Source of the DNA: an uncultured delta proteobacterium
GTDB taxonomy: Bacteria > Myxococcota_A > Polyangia > Palsa-1104
Reading direction: 5' to 3'
Assembly: GCA_963785725.1 (NCBI GenBank)
Contig: CAWAWS010000016.1
Location: 1-64,000 of the forward strand
Length of the DNA: 64,000 nucleotides
Shown piece by piece: positions 44,123 to 54,307 of this stretch (within the stretch, counting starts at the first letter, position 1; every line of letters starts with the position of its first letter). The notes beneath the pieces are model-generated. The model was not told the origin of the DNA and did not search any database. It was given only the letters and a program-made list of their open reading frames with translations. A program made the position numbers and the translations under genes.

Positions 44123-44685
44123 TTGCCGAAGTCTTCGTCGGCCAAGTGCTCGAGGATGCCCGGCGAAGGAATGGCGTCGATGAGCGCCTGCGTCAGGCCC
44201 TCGTCGCTGTTGCGGCTGGCGGCGCGCTTGTCGACCTTGCGCGCGCCGTCGATGACCTTGCGCGCGACACAGATGCGCGCGCCGGTGCGCAAGGCCAGCG
44301 CCAGCGCGTCCGACGGCCGCGCGTCGACGCGAATCTCTTTGCCGCCCGGCGCCACGAGGAAGATGGTCGCGTAGAAGACATCATCACGGAAATCGTGCAC
44401 TTCGATGCGATCGACGGTGGCGCCGATCTCGCCGATGATGTTCTTCATGAGGTCGTGCGCCATCGGCCGCTCGAGCGCGATCGACTCGAGCTGCGCCGCG
44501 ATCGCGCTCGCTTCGCCGATGCCGATCCAGATCGGCAGCGCCTCGGTGCCGCTGGCGACGTCCTTCAAAATGACGATGGGGATGTTGCTGAGTGGATCGA
44601 TCGTGAGCTGACTGACCTTCATGTCGAGCATGCTGCGTCGTCGACGGGCGGCGCCGTTGCTGCCGTTGCCGGGCAGCGGGCTCAC
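44110..44685 (-). CDS. Bifunctional nuclease (DUF151)
   Basis: LPIWIG, RPMAHDL, DARPSDALALALR; start may be ~44631. Confidence 0.88.
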   Translation of the reverse strand: MSPLPGNGSNGAARRRRSMLDMKVSQLTIDPLSNIPIVILKDVASGTEALPIWIGIGEASAIAAQLESIALERPMAHDLMKNIIGEIGATVDRIEVHDFRDDVFYATIFLVAPGGKEIRVDARPSDALALALRTGARICVARKVIDGARKVDKRAASRNSDEGLTQALIDAIPSPGILEHLADEDFGKWKM

Positions 44686-44713
44686 GCGCGCACCGCCGAC
44701 ACGCTGGCCGCGC

Positions 44714-46120
44714 TCACGCTTGCACCAGCGGCAGCCGATGCGCCGACTGCGCGTGCTCGCCGATGAGCGTATGCGTGCGCATGCCGGTGATCGTCACCGG
44801 CACGAGCCGGCCGACGAGCGACGGCGGCCCGGCAAAGTTGACCATCTCGTTGCCGGTCGTGCGTCCGCACAGCTGCCCCGGATGTCGCGCCGAATCGCCC
44901 TCAACCAACACGTCAGCTCGCCTCCCCACCCAGCGCGCGAGCCGACGCGCCGAGATTTCCTTTTGCAGCGACTGCACCTGCTGCAGCCGCTCCGCTTTGA
45001 CCGCCGCCGGCACATTGTCGCGCAACGCCAACTTCAGCGCCGGCGTGTCCGGTCGCTCCGAATACTCGAACGAGTAGATGCTGTCGTATTGAACCGTCTC
45101 CAAAAGCGAGATCGTTTCCGCGAAATCAGAATCGGTTTCCCCCGGATATCCGACGATGATGTCCGTCGAGAGCGAGATATCGGGGCACACCGAGCGCACG
45201 TATTCGATCTGCTGCAAATACTGCTCGCGGGTATAGTCGCGCACCATCCGCTTGAGCGTCCGCGAGCTGCCCGCCTGCACCGGCAAGTGCAGGAAATGCG
45301 CGAGCCGCGGCAGATCGCGGAAGGCATCGGCCACGCGCGTCGTGAAGTCGTGCGGATGCGACGTCGTGTAGCGCACCCGCAAAAGGCCCGGAACCGCGTC
45401 GACGCGCGCCAACAGCTCGGCGAAATCGTCTCGATCGTCGCCGGCCCCGCGCGGATTGTCGGCGCCGACGCCGTGATACGAGTTCACGTTCTGCCCGATG
45501 AGCGTCACTTCGCGCGCACCGGCGGCGACGAAGCGCGCCACCTCGTCGACGACCTCGCGCCACGGCCGCGACACTTCGCGCCCACGCGTGGCCGGCACGA
45601 CGCAGAAGGCGCAGTGGTTGTCGCAGCCCTTCTGAATCGTCACCAGCGCCGTCACCGGCGTCGCCGAAGCTTTCGGCTCGGCGTGAAGAAAACGATAGTC
45701 CTCGACGTCGATGACGGAGGTGGCCGCGAAACGCCGACCGAGCTCTTTGCGCCGCCCGATGAGCTCCGGCAGCGCCGCGATCTGGTCGGGCCCGAAGGTG
45801 AAATCGGCGACCGGAATGCGCTTCAAGAGCTTGTCGCCCTCTTGCTGCGCCACGCAGCCGCCGATGGCCACGACCATGTCGGGCTTGAGCTGCTTCAGCT
45901 CTTTGTAACGACCGGCCGCGCTCGCGACTTTCGCCTCCGCCTTCTCGCGCACCGAGCAGGTGTTGATGACGATGAGATCGGCCTCATCGGCGCTGGCGGC
46001 CGCGTCGTAGCCCGAATGCGCCAAAACTTCACGCATGCGGTCGACGTCGTAGTCGTTCATTTGGCAGCCGTAGTTCTGGACGAACAGGCGGCGCCGCGGT
46101 GCTGGAGGCTCGGGATCCAT
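44714..46120 (-). CDS. miaB: tRNA i6A37 methylthiotransferase MiaB
   Basis: YGCQMNDYD, NTCSVREKAE, GCVAQ, GCDNHCAFCVVP, TSHP, C-terminal TRAM. Confidence 0.95.
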   Translation of the reverse strand: MDPEPPAPRRRLFVQNYGCQMNDYDVDRMREVLAHSGYDAAASADEADLIVINTCSVREKAEAKVASAAGRYKELKQLKPDMVVAIGGCVAQQEGDKLLKRIPVADFTFGPDQIAALPELIGRRKELGRRFAATSVIDVEDYRFLHAEPKASATPVTALVTIQKGCDNHCAFCVVPATRGREVSRPWREVVDEVARFVAAGAREVTLIGQNVNSYHGVGADNPRGAGDDRDDFAELLARVDAVPGLLRVRYTTSHPHDFTTRVADAFRDLPRLAHFLHLPVQAGSSRTLKRMVRDYTREQYLQQIEYVRSVCPDISLSTDIIVGYPGETDSDFAETISLLETVQYDSIYSFEYSERPDTPALKLALRDNVPAAVKAERLQQVQSLQKEISARRLARWVGRRADVLVEGDSARHPGQLCGRTTGNEMVNFAGPPSLVGRLVPVTITGMRTHTLIGEHAQSAHRLPLVQA

Positions 46121-46204
46121 GCGTACTTACGAATTGAGGGTAGCCGCGGCTTTCTCGTCGGTCAAGCGAGCCCACGTCGATTTAGTCAGACGCAATGACA
46201 CCCA

Positions 46205-47614
46205 TTACAACACTAGGCTATCTACTATTTTGGCCAGCTGCGCGAGGTTACCCACCGTCTCCACGCGACTGCAGAAGGGCTCGTAGTCGCGCATGGCCGA
46301 GTCGCCGAACGCCCAAGCCGCCGGCGGCTCCGGATTGAGCCACAAGACGCGACGCGCCCGCTCGTGGATGGCGCCGAGCGCCCACGCTTCGGCCGGGTTG
46401 TAGTTGTTGCGCGCGTCGCCGATGACGATGACGGTGGTCTTCGAAGTCACCGCGTCCAAGTAGCGCCGCTCGAACATGGCGAAGGCGCGCCCGAAGTTGG
46501 AGTTGGCGTAGACGTTGACGATGCCGCCCGAATAGGCGAGGTCGACGGCGCGCTGGATCTCGTTCTCCTTGAACAGCTTCGTGCACTCGGCGAGGTCGGA
46601 CACGAAGACGAACGAGCGCACTTTGGCGAACAGCTCCTGCAGCGTGTAGGCGAGCTGCAGCATGAAGCGCGACACGTGCCGCACCGAATCCGAAATGTCG
46701 CACAAGACCACGAGGCGCGGCTTGTCGATGCGCCGGCGTTTGTGCACGAGCTTGAACGGAATGCCGCCGGTGCCGAACGCGCGCCTGAGCGTGCGACCGG
46801 CGTCGAGCCGACCGCGCCGGCCGAGCCGCGGCCGCAGCGACGCCTGCTGCTTGAGGCGCTTGCCGAGCCGCGTGACCTCGTCGCGCAGCCGCATCAGCTC
46901 CTCTTCGTTCATGGCGCCGAACGGCTTGTAGGCGAGGATCTGCTGCTTCATCTGTGCCGCGTAGTCGACGTTGCGGCGCTCGAACTCGTCCGCCACGTGC
47001 CGGCGCAGCGACGAGCGCACGCGCTGCAGCTCGGCCGCGGCCACGCGCGCCATCAGCTCGGCGCGCTCGGACCCGAGCTTGCGATCGAGCCGGCCGAAGA
47101 GCGCGTCCAGCTCCTGCTTGGCGCCCGTCGGATTGAGCTGCTCGAGCAGCTGCTGCGTGAAGAAGCCGATCTGCATCGGGCTCTGCAGCCGCGACAGATC
47201 GAGCCGCACGCCGGCCAGACGCATCAGCGCTTCCACTTGCGTCCGCCGCAGCCCGAGTCCCATGCGCGCCAGCGGCGACAGGCGCGCCGCTTCGTCCGAC
47301 AGCATGGCGATCAAGTGCTCGATCTCGTCGTCGCTGAGCCCCTCTTTGCGCAGCGTCTCGACGAGCGGCGGAGCGTCGCCCGACGTGCGATCCCAGTCGC
47401 CGCGACGCCGGAAATAGAGCGTGAACAGCTCGTCGAACAGCTCGGCGTCGGCTTTGCGTTTGACGAGCGTCGCCTCCAGCGCGCCGCGCAGCGACTCCGG
47501 CTCGTCGACGCCGACCAGCCGCGCGGCGGTCACGCTGTCGAGCACCTCGGCCGTCGACACGCGCAGCCCGTTGGCGCGACAGAGCGTCGTGAACTCGAGC
47601 AGGCGATCGAGCAT
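46205..47614 (-). CDS. VWA (CoxE-like) domain protein
   Basis: LCDISDSV, SNFG, IGDARNNY, LWLNPE, WAFGDSAM. Confidence 0.85.
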   Translation of the reverse strand: MLDRLLEFTTLCRANGLRVSTAEVLDSVTAARLVGVDEPESLRGALEATLVKRKADAELFDELFTLYFRRRGDWDRTSGDAPPLVETLRKEGLSDDEIEHLIAMLSDEAARLSPLARMGLGLRRTQVEALMRLAGVRLDLSRLQSPMQIGFFTQQLLEQLNPTGAKQELDALFGRLDRKLGSERAELMARVAAAELQRVRSSLRRHVADEFERRNVDYAAQMKQQILAYKPFGAMNEEELMRLRDEVTRLGKRLKQQASLRPRLGRRGRLDAGRTLRRAFGTGGIPFKLVHKRRRIDKPRLVVLCDISDSVRHVSRFMLQLAYTLQELFAKVRSFVFVSDLAECTKLFKENEIQRAVDLAYSGGIVNVYANSNFGRAFAMFERRYLDAVTSKTTVIVIGDARNNYNPAEAWALGAIHERARRVLWLNPEPPAAWAFGDSAMRDYEPFCSRVETVGNLAQLAKIVDSLVL

Positions 47615-47617
47615 GCG

Positions 47618-48382
47618 CTAGTTCGCTTTGAGCGCGCTGGCGACGGCGGCGTCGAGCGCGTCGGTGTCGGCGACCGCCACTTCGCGCACGACGCCCTTCT
47701 TGTCGATGACGACCATCGTCGGCAGCGCGAACACTTGATACGCCGTCGACACTTTCTCGTCGGTGTCGGCGGCCAGCGGATAGCTCACGTGAAAGCGCCC
47801 CGCCGCTGCGCCGACGACGTCCGCCTCTTCGTGTGACACGCCGAGCACGGTCACGCCCTTGTCCTTGAGCCGCTGATGCATGGCCTCGATATGCGGCATC
47901 GCCTCGACGCAGGGCCCGCACCAGGTCGCGAAAAAGTCGATGACCACGACGCGCCCCTTCAACGTCGAGATGCGCGGCAGCTTGGCGCCCGTCTGCACCG
48001 CCGGCAAGAAGTCGGGCGCCGGCCGATTCAAGATCGAGTCGCGCTGCATCTTCTCGCGATCGGGCCGCGCCGCGTACACGAGCTCGATGTTGCGCGTGTG
48101 CCCTTTGTCGTCGACGAGCTTGAGCTTCGCGTGATGCCCGATGCCGCCTTGCAGCACCGTCTGGATGACCTCTTGCGGCGACGACGTCATCAGCCCATCG
48201 ATGGCCACCACCTCGTCACCTGCGTGAATCCCCGCGCGATCGCCCGGCGATTGCGGAATGACCGAATTGACCTTGGCGCCGCCGAACTTACCGTCCGAGC
48301 CGAGCGCGAGGCCGATCCACGGCGACTCGGCGTGCGCCACCGCGCCGAGCAGAGCCACCATGACAAACGCGAGCTTGTTCAT
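47618..48382 (-). CDS. Secreted PDZ + TlpA-type redoxin
   Basis: SPGDRAGIHAGDEVVAIDG (PDZ); DFFATWCGPC; ALPT cis-Pro. Confidence 0.88.
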   Translation of the reverse strand: MNKLAFVMVALLGAVAHAESPWIGLALGSDGKFGGAKVNSVIPQSPGDRAGIHAGDEVVAIDGLMTSSPQEVIQTVLQGGIGHHAKLKLVDDKGHTRNIELVYAARPDREKMQRDSILNRPAPDFLPAVQTGAKLPRISTLKGRVVVIDFFATWCGPCVEAMPHIEAMHQRLKDKGVTVLGVSHEEADVVGAAAGRFHVSYPLAADTDEKVSTAYQVFALPTMVVIDKKGVVREVAVADTDALDAAVASALKAN

Positions 48383-48608
48383 TCGTATCCCGATCGTGCG
48401 AACCGAGCGCACCGGTAGTGGATGGTGCCCGCGCCGTGCCCACTCGGCAAGCGAGGCCCCACCTGAACGCCTTGTTAACTACAAATTACGGCTAGTTGCG
48501 CCAAGCGCTAGATGACGAATTGCAAATCCTTCATATCCCGACATGTAGGATATTTGACTTCATTTGGCTACCGATTATGATTTCCATATGTTGCTGACGA
48601 GGGATTGG

Positions 48609-48959
48609 ATGAACAAGCGCGCGGCACTCCGCTTCGAGAAAGTGTTCCCGGTGATTCTGTCGACTGAACAGTTCGGCGAGTGCAACGCGATGGCGCGCAA
48701 TGTCTCCGCCGGCGGCATCCTGATCGAGATCTCGGAGCCGATGCCGCTCGGCACCAGCGTGCGCGTGCACTTCATGATGCAGGACTCATCGGCGACGATC
48801 ATCGCGCGCGGCGAGGTCAAGAATCACTACTTCTTGAACTTCAATGATGCCGGCGGTCAGCGCTCGCTCACCGGCATGGCGATCAAGTTCAAGGAGTTCG
48901 AGGCCGACTCGCAGGAGATGCTCGGCCTCGGCCTCACCCGCATGCGCGTCCTGCACTAG
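48609..48959 (+). CDS. PilZ domain protein
   Basis: RxxxR (KRAALRF), NVSAGG, GMAIKF. Confidence 0.85.
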   Translation: MNKRAALRFEKVFPVILSTEQFGECNAMARNVSAGGILIEISEPMPLGTSVRVHFMMQDSSATIIARGEVKNHYFLNFNDAGGQRSLTGMAIKFKEFEADSQEMLGLGLTRMRVLH

Positions 48960-49052
48960 CCGGCACTCGCCGCGCTCGTCGACAAGGCGACGGCTGTCGC
49001 GCGCCGTCGCCGTTGTTGCACCCATTCTCCGTCGCTGCTACACCCGGTGGCG

Positions 49053-50759
49053 ATGCTCGCGCCGCTTCTGTTCCTGTCGCTGGCGGTCGCCACCGAGGCG
49101 CCCGCGCTCAGCGATGCCCAGCTCGATCAGCTGTGCGCCCCGATTCATGCCGGCGACGGGCCGCAGCAGCTGGCGGCGGCGCAAAAAGTAGCCGCGCTCG
49201 GTCCCGACGCGTACGCGGCGCTGGTCAAGCGGCTCGGCACGCCGCCGAAGACGAGCATCGTCCACTTTCGCAAGCTGTTCCTGTCGATGTGGGCCCAAGT
49301 TCCCAACTGGAAGAGCGGCGATCCGATGTGGATTCGCGCGCCCGAGCCGCGCTGGACGCCGCCGCCGCGCGTCAAAGGCGAGCCGCGCGCCAAGCGTCCG
49401 CCGCCGCACGACCCCGAGACGCTCGATTGGCTGACGGCGCTGGCGACGGCCGATCTCGACGCGGCCGCGAAGATCGACGAGGACGCGTTCATTCCGCCGC
49501 CGCCGTTGCCGCCGGGACAAAAGAAGAAGCCGGTCGTGCCCGTCGATCCGACGCTCGTGCCGGCCGCGCCGCCGCCACCGACGACCGCCGAGCTGGCGAC
49601 GGCGCGCGCCGAGGCGATGGAGATCGTGGCCATCATGCGCGCCATCTCCAACACGCGGCGCCTCGATGCCGTCGAGCCGCTGTTCAACCTCGCGTTTCAG
49701 CTCGACGGCGTCTTTCGCGACGAGTGCGGGCGGCAGATTCGCGCGATGGATTCGTTCGCGGTGCCCGAGCTCGTGCGGTTGATGCATCGCGACGACACGA
49801 AGCAGCAGCGCTTCGCCAAGCAGCGTCGTTATGCCAGCTATCAGCTCGATCGTATGGATCGCGCGCGGCCGTCCAAGGCGATCGCGACCGCGCCCGACGA
49901 TCGCGTCAAAGCCGAGATCATTCACGCGTACGGCGAGACGCGCGCGCTCGATGCCGTCGAGTCGGTGTTGAATCAGGTCGACTCGCCGGCGCATCGCGTG
50001 CGTCGCGAGGCGCGCTGGACGTGGCTGCGCTATGTGACCGGCAAAGCGCCGCCGCCGGCGCCGAAGCGCAAGCGCAAACTGCAGGGCGGACACACCGAAT
50101 CCGAAGAGAAGCCCGATTATCTGACCTATCGCGAGATCGCGCTCTTGGCGCTGCAGAAGCAGCTGCAGGCGATCAACGACGCGCCGCCCGATCCGAACGC
50201 GACCGCCAAGCAGCTGACCGACGAGCTGTTCAACTACTACGACGAGAAGCACGCGGCCGAGTGGAACGAGCTCTTCGAAGGCGCGCACGCCAAAGAGACG
50301 CGCGGCGACTTGAAGGGCGCGACCGACGATTACGGCTGGATCCTGGCGCACGATCCTGGTTACACGCGGCGGGCCGAGATGGCGCCGGCGTTCGCGCGCT
50401 ACGCCGACAGCTTGCGCGACCAAGGCGACGTCGGCCGCGCGCTCGGCTATTGGCGGCAGGCGATCGATCTGGCGCCCAATGGCCCCGACGCGCGTTACGC
50501 GGCGGCGCGCGTGGCGTTGTACGACGGGCAGGAAGCGGTCGCGCATGGCCATCCCGACGTGGGCGCGTTCCGGCGCGCGTTGGCGCTCGATCCGTCGTTG
50601 GACGAGGCGCGCCGCGGGCTCGGTCGCGCCGAGGCGCTGCATGCGCGCCGGCGCTGGCTGCAGCTCGGCACAGCCTTCGCCGCGGCGCTGGCGCTCGGCC
50701 TCCTCTTGTGGCTGCTGTGGCGCAAGACGGCGCCGCCGGGCCCGACCGCCGCGACGTAA
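49053..50759 (+). CDS. Secreted HEAT/TPR-like protein with C-terminal TM anchor
   Basis: Signal peptide, helical repeats, RALGYWRQAIDLAP, C-terminal hydrophobic helix + RK. Confidence 0.7.
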   Translation: MLAPLLFLSLAVATEAPALSDAQLDQLCAPIHAGDGPQQLAAAQKVAALGPDAYAALVKRLGTPPKTSIVHFRKLFLSMWAQVPNWKSGDPMWIRAPEPRWTPPPRVKGEPRAKRPPPHDPETLDWLTALATADLDAAAKIDEDAFIPPPPLPPGQKKKPVVPVDPTLVPAAPPPPTTAELATARAEAMEIVAIMRAISNTRRLDAVEPLFNLAFQLDGVFRDECGRQIRAMDSFAVPELVRLMHRDDTKQQRFAKQRRYASYQLDRMDRARPSKAIATAPDDRVKAEIIHAYGETRALDAVESVLNQVDSPAHRVRREARWTWLRYVTGKAPPPAPKRKRKLQGGHTESEEKPDYLTYREIALLALQKQLQAINDAPPDPNATAKQLTDELFNYYDEKHAAEWNELFEGAHAKETRGDLKGATDDYGWILAHDPGYTRRAEMAPAFARYADSLRDQGDVGRALGYWRQAIDLAPNGPDARYAAARVALYDGQEAVAHGHPDVGAFRRALALDPSLDEARRGLGRAEALHARRRWLQLGTAFAAALALGLLLWLLWRKTAPPGPTAAT

Positions 50760-50808
50760 GCACACGTCGCTCGACGGCGCTCGAACGAACCGTTACGACC
50801 GCTAGGCG

Positions 50809-52359
50809 CTACGGGTTGTCGTCGGGAGGCGGCGGAGTCGGCAGGTGCGGCAAGCTCACGGCGCCATGCGACGCCGGCTTCGACGTGTGATGCGACGAAT
50901 GCTTCGGCTCGGGCTTGGCCGACTTGTCGGTCGCGGCGACGGCGGGCGGAGTCGGCGTCGCCGGCGTCAGCGGCGTCGCTTTCGGCGCATCCGCGCCCAC
51001 GGACGGCACGGCAATCTCGGTCGGCTTCGGCGCCTTGGCCGGCTTGGCCGCGACGCCCGATGTCGCCGCAGGCGCAGGCGTTGCCGGTGCGGCCGGCGCG
51101 GCCTTTTGCGCCTCGCTCTCACCGCCGTTGCGCGTGGCGAAGAACCAGAAGCCCAACGCGACCGCGACGACGAGCAGCACGACGACGACCGTCGAGCCAC
51201 CGCCGCGACCGCCGCCGCCGCCGCGCGTGCGCCGCTGATCTTCGTAGCTGCCCAGCGACGGCGACGATAGATCGCCCATCACCAACGGCGGCTCGCCGCC
51301 ACCGCGCTGATCTTTTTGCCCCGGGTCGGTGCCGCGCACTTGCAGCATCGGCACCGTGGGGTCGGTCACTTCGATCGGCAGCGACTCGGCCGCTTCGCGC
51401 GTCTTGTCGCGCAGGCCGGGAAACAGCCCGTCGAGGTAAGCCGCCACGTCGTGCGCCGAGCAGCGAATCCCCGAGCCGAGCAGGAACTCCTCGAGCGCCT
51501 CGTGCATGTCGCGCGCAGTCCGGAAGCGCTCCGACGGCGTCTTCGACATCGCCTGGCGCACGATATCGGTCAGCCCCGCCGGATAGCCATCGACATAGAC
51601 CGACGGCGGCTTCGGAATCGTCTGCAGAATCTTGAGCGACAGATCGGCCGGCCCTTCGCCGTCGAACGGCTTGTGCCCGGTGGTCAATTCGTAGAGCACG
51701 GTGCCGAGCGAGAAGATGTCGCTGCGCGAGTCGAGCGTGTCGCCTTGGACCTGCTCGGGGCTCATGTACGGGATCTTGCCCTTGATGACGCCGACCTCGG
51801 TGCGACCCTTCTTGGCGACGGCTTTGGCGATGCCGAAGTCGAGGATCTTGGCCACGCCGTCGAAGCTGACGATGACGTTGGACGGCGTCACGTCGCGATG
51901 GACGAGGCCGAGCGCCGCGCCGCGCCCGTCGGTGGCGCGATGGGCGTGCTCGAGGCCTTCGGCGACGTTGGAGACGATGCGCACGGCGACCGCCAGCGGC
52001 ATGCGTCCACCGCGCGCCGTCTCGGCCTCTTCGATCTGCTGCAGATCGACGCCGTGGACGTGCTCCATCGCCAAGAAGTAATCGCCCTCGGTGACCGAGC
52101 CGAGATCGTAGATCTGCACGATATTCGGATGCGACAGCCGCGCCGCGATGCGTGCCTCGTCGAGGAACATGCTGACGAACTGCTGATCGGCGGCCAGCGC
52201 CGGCAAAATGCGCTTGATGACGCATTCCTTCTCGAAGCCGGCCGGGCCGCTTTGACGCGCCAGATAGACCTCGGCCATGCCACCGATCGCCAATTGACGC
52301 AGCAGCAGATATTTGCCGAAAGGGCGCGGGTAGCGGTTCGTTTCGTGCACGGCCCGCAA
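50809..52359 (-). CDS. Ser/Thr protein kinase with TM segment
   Basis: GGMAEVY, IKRI, VHRDVTPSN, DFGIAK, YMSPEQ. Confidence 0.95.
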   Translation of the reverse strand: MRAVHETNRYPRPFGKYLLLRQLAIGGMAEVYLARQSGPAGFEKECVIKRILPALAADQQFVSMFLDEARIAARLSHPNIVQIYDLGSVTEGDYFLAMEHVHGVDLQQIEEAETARGGRMPLAVAVRIVSNVAEGLEHAHRATDGRGAALGLVHRDVTPSNVIVSFDGVAKILDFGIAKAVAKKGRTEVGVIKGKIPYMSPEQVQGDTLDSRSDIFSLGTVLYELTTGHKPFDGEGPADLSLKILQTIPKPPSVYVDGYPAGLTDIVRQAMSKTPSERFRTARDMHEALEEFLLGSGIRCSAHDVAAYLDGLFPGLRDKTREAAESLPIEVTDPTVPMLQVRGTDPGQKDQRGGGEPPLVMGDLSSPSLGSYEDQRRTRGGGGGRGGGSTVVVVLLVVAVALGFWFFATRNGGESEAQKAAPAAPATPAPAATSGVAAKPAKAPKPTEIAVPSVGADAPKATPLTPATPTPPAVAATDKSAKPEPKHSSHHTSKPASHGAVSLPHLPTPPPPDDNP

Positions 52360-52537
52360 AGTCTAATCCGGCGGCCGGAGCGTCACAAGGTTTCAACGTG
52401 GGATCTTTTGCGCCGAAGGCCTCGCGAGATCGCGCGTCTGGCCATGTCGGAAGTGGGCTCGCTGACGCTATTTTCACGCCCGTCACGCGATCGTGATCGA
52501 AGTTGCCTCGACCGTCGCTGACAGGCACACTCGAGGT

Positions 52538-53014
52538 ATGCGCAAGTGGTTGCTCGCGATCGTATTTTGCGGCTGCGCAACGGCGTCGCCCGCGCAAAAG
52601 GGCGTCGAGCCGGCCGCCGGCGACCCGCCGCCGGCGAGCGAAGCGGCGCCGGCTCCGGTCGCCGCTGCGACGACGGTGCCGCTGCCCGATCATACGATCG
52701 GCCGGCGCGAGATCGACGCCGTGCTCGCGCAGTCGCCGGGCTATTTCCTGCAGCACGTCGAGACCAAGGCGCAATTCCGCGGCGGCCACTTTCACGGCTG
52801 GCGCTTGATCGCGTTCTTCCCCGGTGACAACCGCTTCTCCGGCGTCGATTTGCAGGCCGGCGACGTCGTGACCAGCGTCAACGGCAAGCCCATCGAGCAG
52901 CCCGATCAGTTCATGGCCGTGTGGACCGCGCTGCGTTCGTCGAGCGAGCTCACCGTCGACGTCGAGCGCGATGGCACGCCGCGTACGCTGCGCTGGCAAA
53001 TCAGCGAAAAGTAG
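52538..53014 (+). CDS. PDZ-domain lipoprotein (GspC-PDZ-like)
   Basis: Lipobox FCGC; LQAGDVVTSVNGKPI. Confidence 0.75.
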   Translation: MRKWLLAIVFCGCATASPAQKGVEPAAGDPPPASEAAPAPVAAATTVPLPDHTIGRREIDAVLAQSPGYFLQHVETKAQFRGGHFHGWRLIAFFPGDNRFSGVDLQAGDVVTSVNGKPIEQPDQFMAVWTALRSSSELTVDVERDGTPRTLRWQISEK

Positions 53015-53028
53015 CTTACGGTCGAGGC

Positions 53029-53382
53029 ATGATTCCGTACGAGGAGCTGGTCGCGGCGCTCGATGGCTACGTCGCCCGCGGTCGCGCGCCGCTGGCGCAG
53101 TCGGAGCGCGCCGCACCCATCGCGATCGGAGCCGCGCCCGCCGGTCGCGCGCCGGCCGCGCCGCCGTCGCGGCCGCAAGCGCCGATTGTCGCGCATTCGG
53201 AAGAGGTCGATCTCGGTCATTATGACGAGGCCCACGATCCCGATTTGCCGGCGCTCGGCGGTCAACACGAAGAGGACTCGACCCACGTCGGCGCCATGCC
53301 GCTGACGTCGCCGCCGCGCCATCACGAGGAGCACGGCGACGAGATCGACATCGGCGACGTCCTCGCCGACGACGAAGTCTGA
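53029..53382 (+). CDS. Small acidic hypothetical protein
   Basis: GAGG before ATG; MIPYEELVAAL ... EIDIGDVLADDEV. Confidence 0.6.
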   Translation: MIPYEELVAALDGYVARGRAPLAQSERAAPIAIGAAPAGRAPAAPPSRPQAPIVAHSEEVDLGHYDEAHDPDLPALGGQHEEDSTHVGAMPLTSPPRHHEEHGDEIDIGDVLADDEV

Positions 53383-54216
53383 TTGTCGGCGCCACTTTCC
53401 TTACAGGCCGGGCAGGTCGTCATCAGCGTCGCCGGCGCCGCGCTGGGCGTCGACCCGCGCGCCGAGATCGCCGGCACCGTCTCTGCCGTCGGTGAAGCGG
53501 CCGGCGACTGGCTCGGCAAGCGTGTCGTCGTGCCGCGCCTCCTGCCCTGCGGCGACTGCAACGCCTGCCGCCGCGGGCGCGTCGCGCATTGCCGATCGCG
53601 CGCCGCGCGCAACGGATTGGGCGCGACCGAAACCGTGCCCGCGCGTTGGCTGTGCAGCGTCGAGCCGCCGCTGTGGCCGGACAACGTGGAGCTGTGGCAG
53701 CTGGCGGCGCTCGCCGATGCGGCGCTGGCGCCCTACACGGCGCTGTCGCGCGCCGGCGTCGGGCCGAGCGATCGCGTCGTCGTCGTCGGGCGTGACGCGC
53801 GCGCCCACTTCGCCGCCGCCATCGCCGTCGCCAAAGGCGCCACCGTCGTCGCCGATGACGCCGCTGAAGCGCCCGTCGATGGCGCGATCATCGTGGCGAC
53901 GAGTGCCGCGGAACGTCGTCGCGCGCTGACGCTCGCCGGTCAAGGCGCGACCGTCGTCCTCCTCGACAGCAGCGTCGATAGCACCGCCGATTCGGCGCCG
54001 TTCGCCACCGATTGGTCGCGGCTCGTCGACGCCGAAGCGCACGTGCTCGGCAGCGTCGGCGGCCATCCCGACCTCTTGCCCGAGCTGTGCGCGCTCGTCG
54101 TGCGCGGGCAGCTTCCACTCGCCGCCGCCGTGCGCCGCGTCAGCGTCGACGAGGCCGCGCGGGCCCACGCCGCGTACTTGCGCGACGGCGGACCGCTGCC
54201 TATCGCCGTCCCGTAA
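53383..54216 (+). CDS. Degenerate zinc-binding alcohol dehydrogenase-like protein
   Basis: EIAGTVSAVG, PCGDCNACRRGRVAHC; no GHE motif or GxGxxG. Confidence 0.7.
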   Translation: MSAPLSLQAGQVVISVAGAALGVDPRAEIAGTVSAVGEAAGDWLGKRVVVPRLLPCGDCNACRRGRVAHCRSRAARNGLGATETVPARWLCSVEPPLWPDNVELWQLAALADAALAPYTALSRAGVGPSDRVVVVGRDARAHFAAAIAVAKGATVVADDAAEAPVDGAIIVATSAAERRRALTLAGQGATVVLLDSSVDSTADSAPFATDWSRLVDAEAHVLGSVGGHPDLLPELCALVVRGQLPLAAAVRRVSVDEAARAHAAYLRDGGPLPIAVP

Positions 54217-54269
54217 CACCGCGCAACGACCGCGTTACACCCACACCGGAAGAGATATCCCTAGTTGCG

Positions 54270-54299
54270 TTGACACGTCACCGTCGGTCCGCGCATACT
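54270..54299 (+). promoter_or_regulatory. Sigma70 promoter, probably leaderless
   Basis: TTGACA-N18-CATACT, 8 nt before the ATG at 54308, no SD. Confidence 0.55.
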
Positions 54300-54307
54300 C
54301 CGCCCCC

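Noticed and set aside
46205..47614. CoxE-like VWA protein as part of a CO dehydrogenase or MoxR system
   Set aside because: No cox genes or AAA+ ATPase are adjacent in the window.
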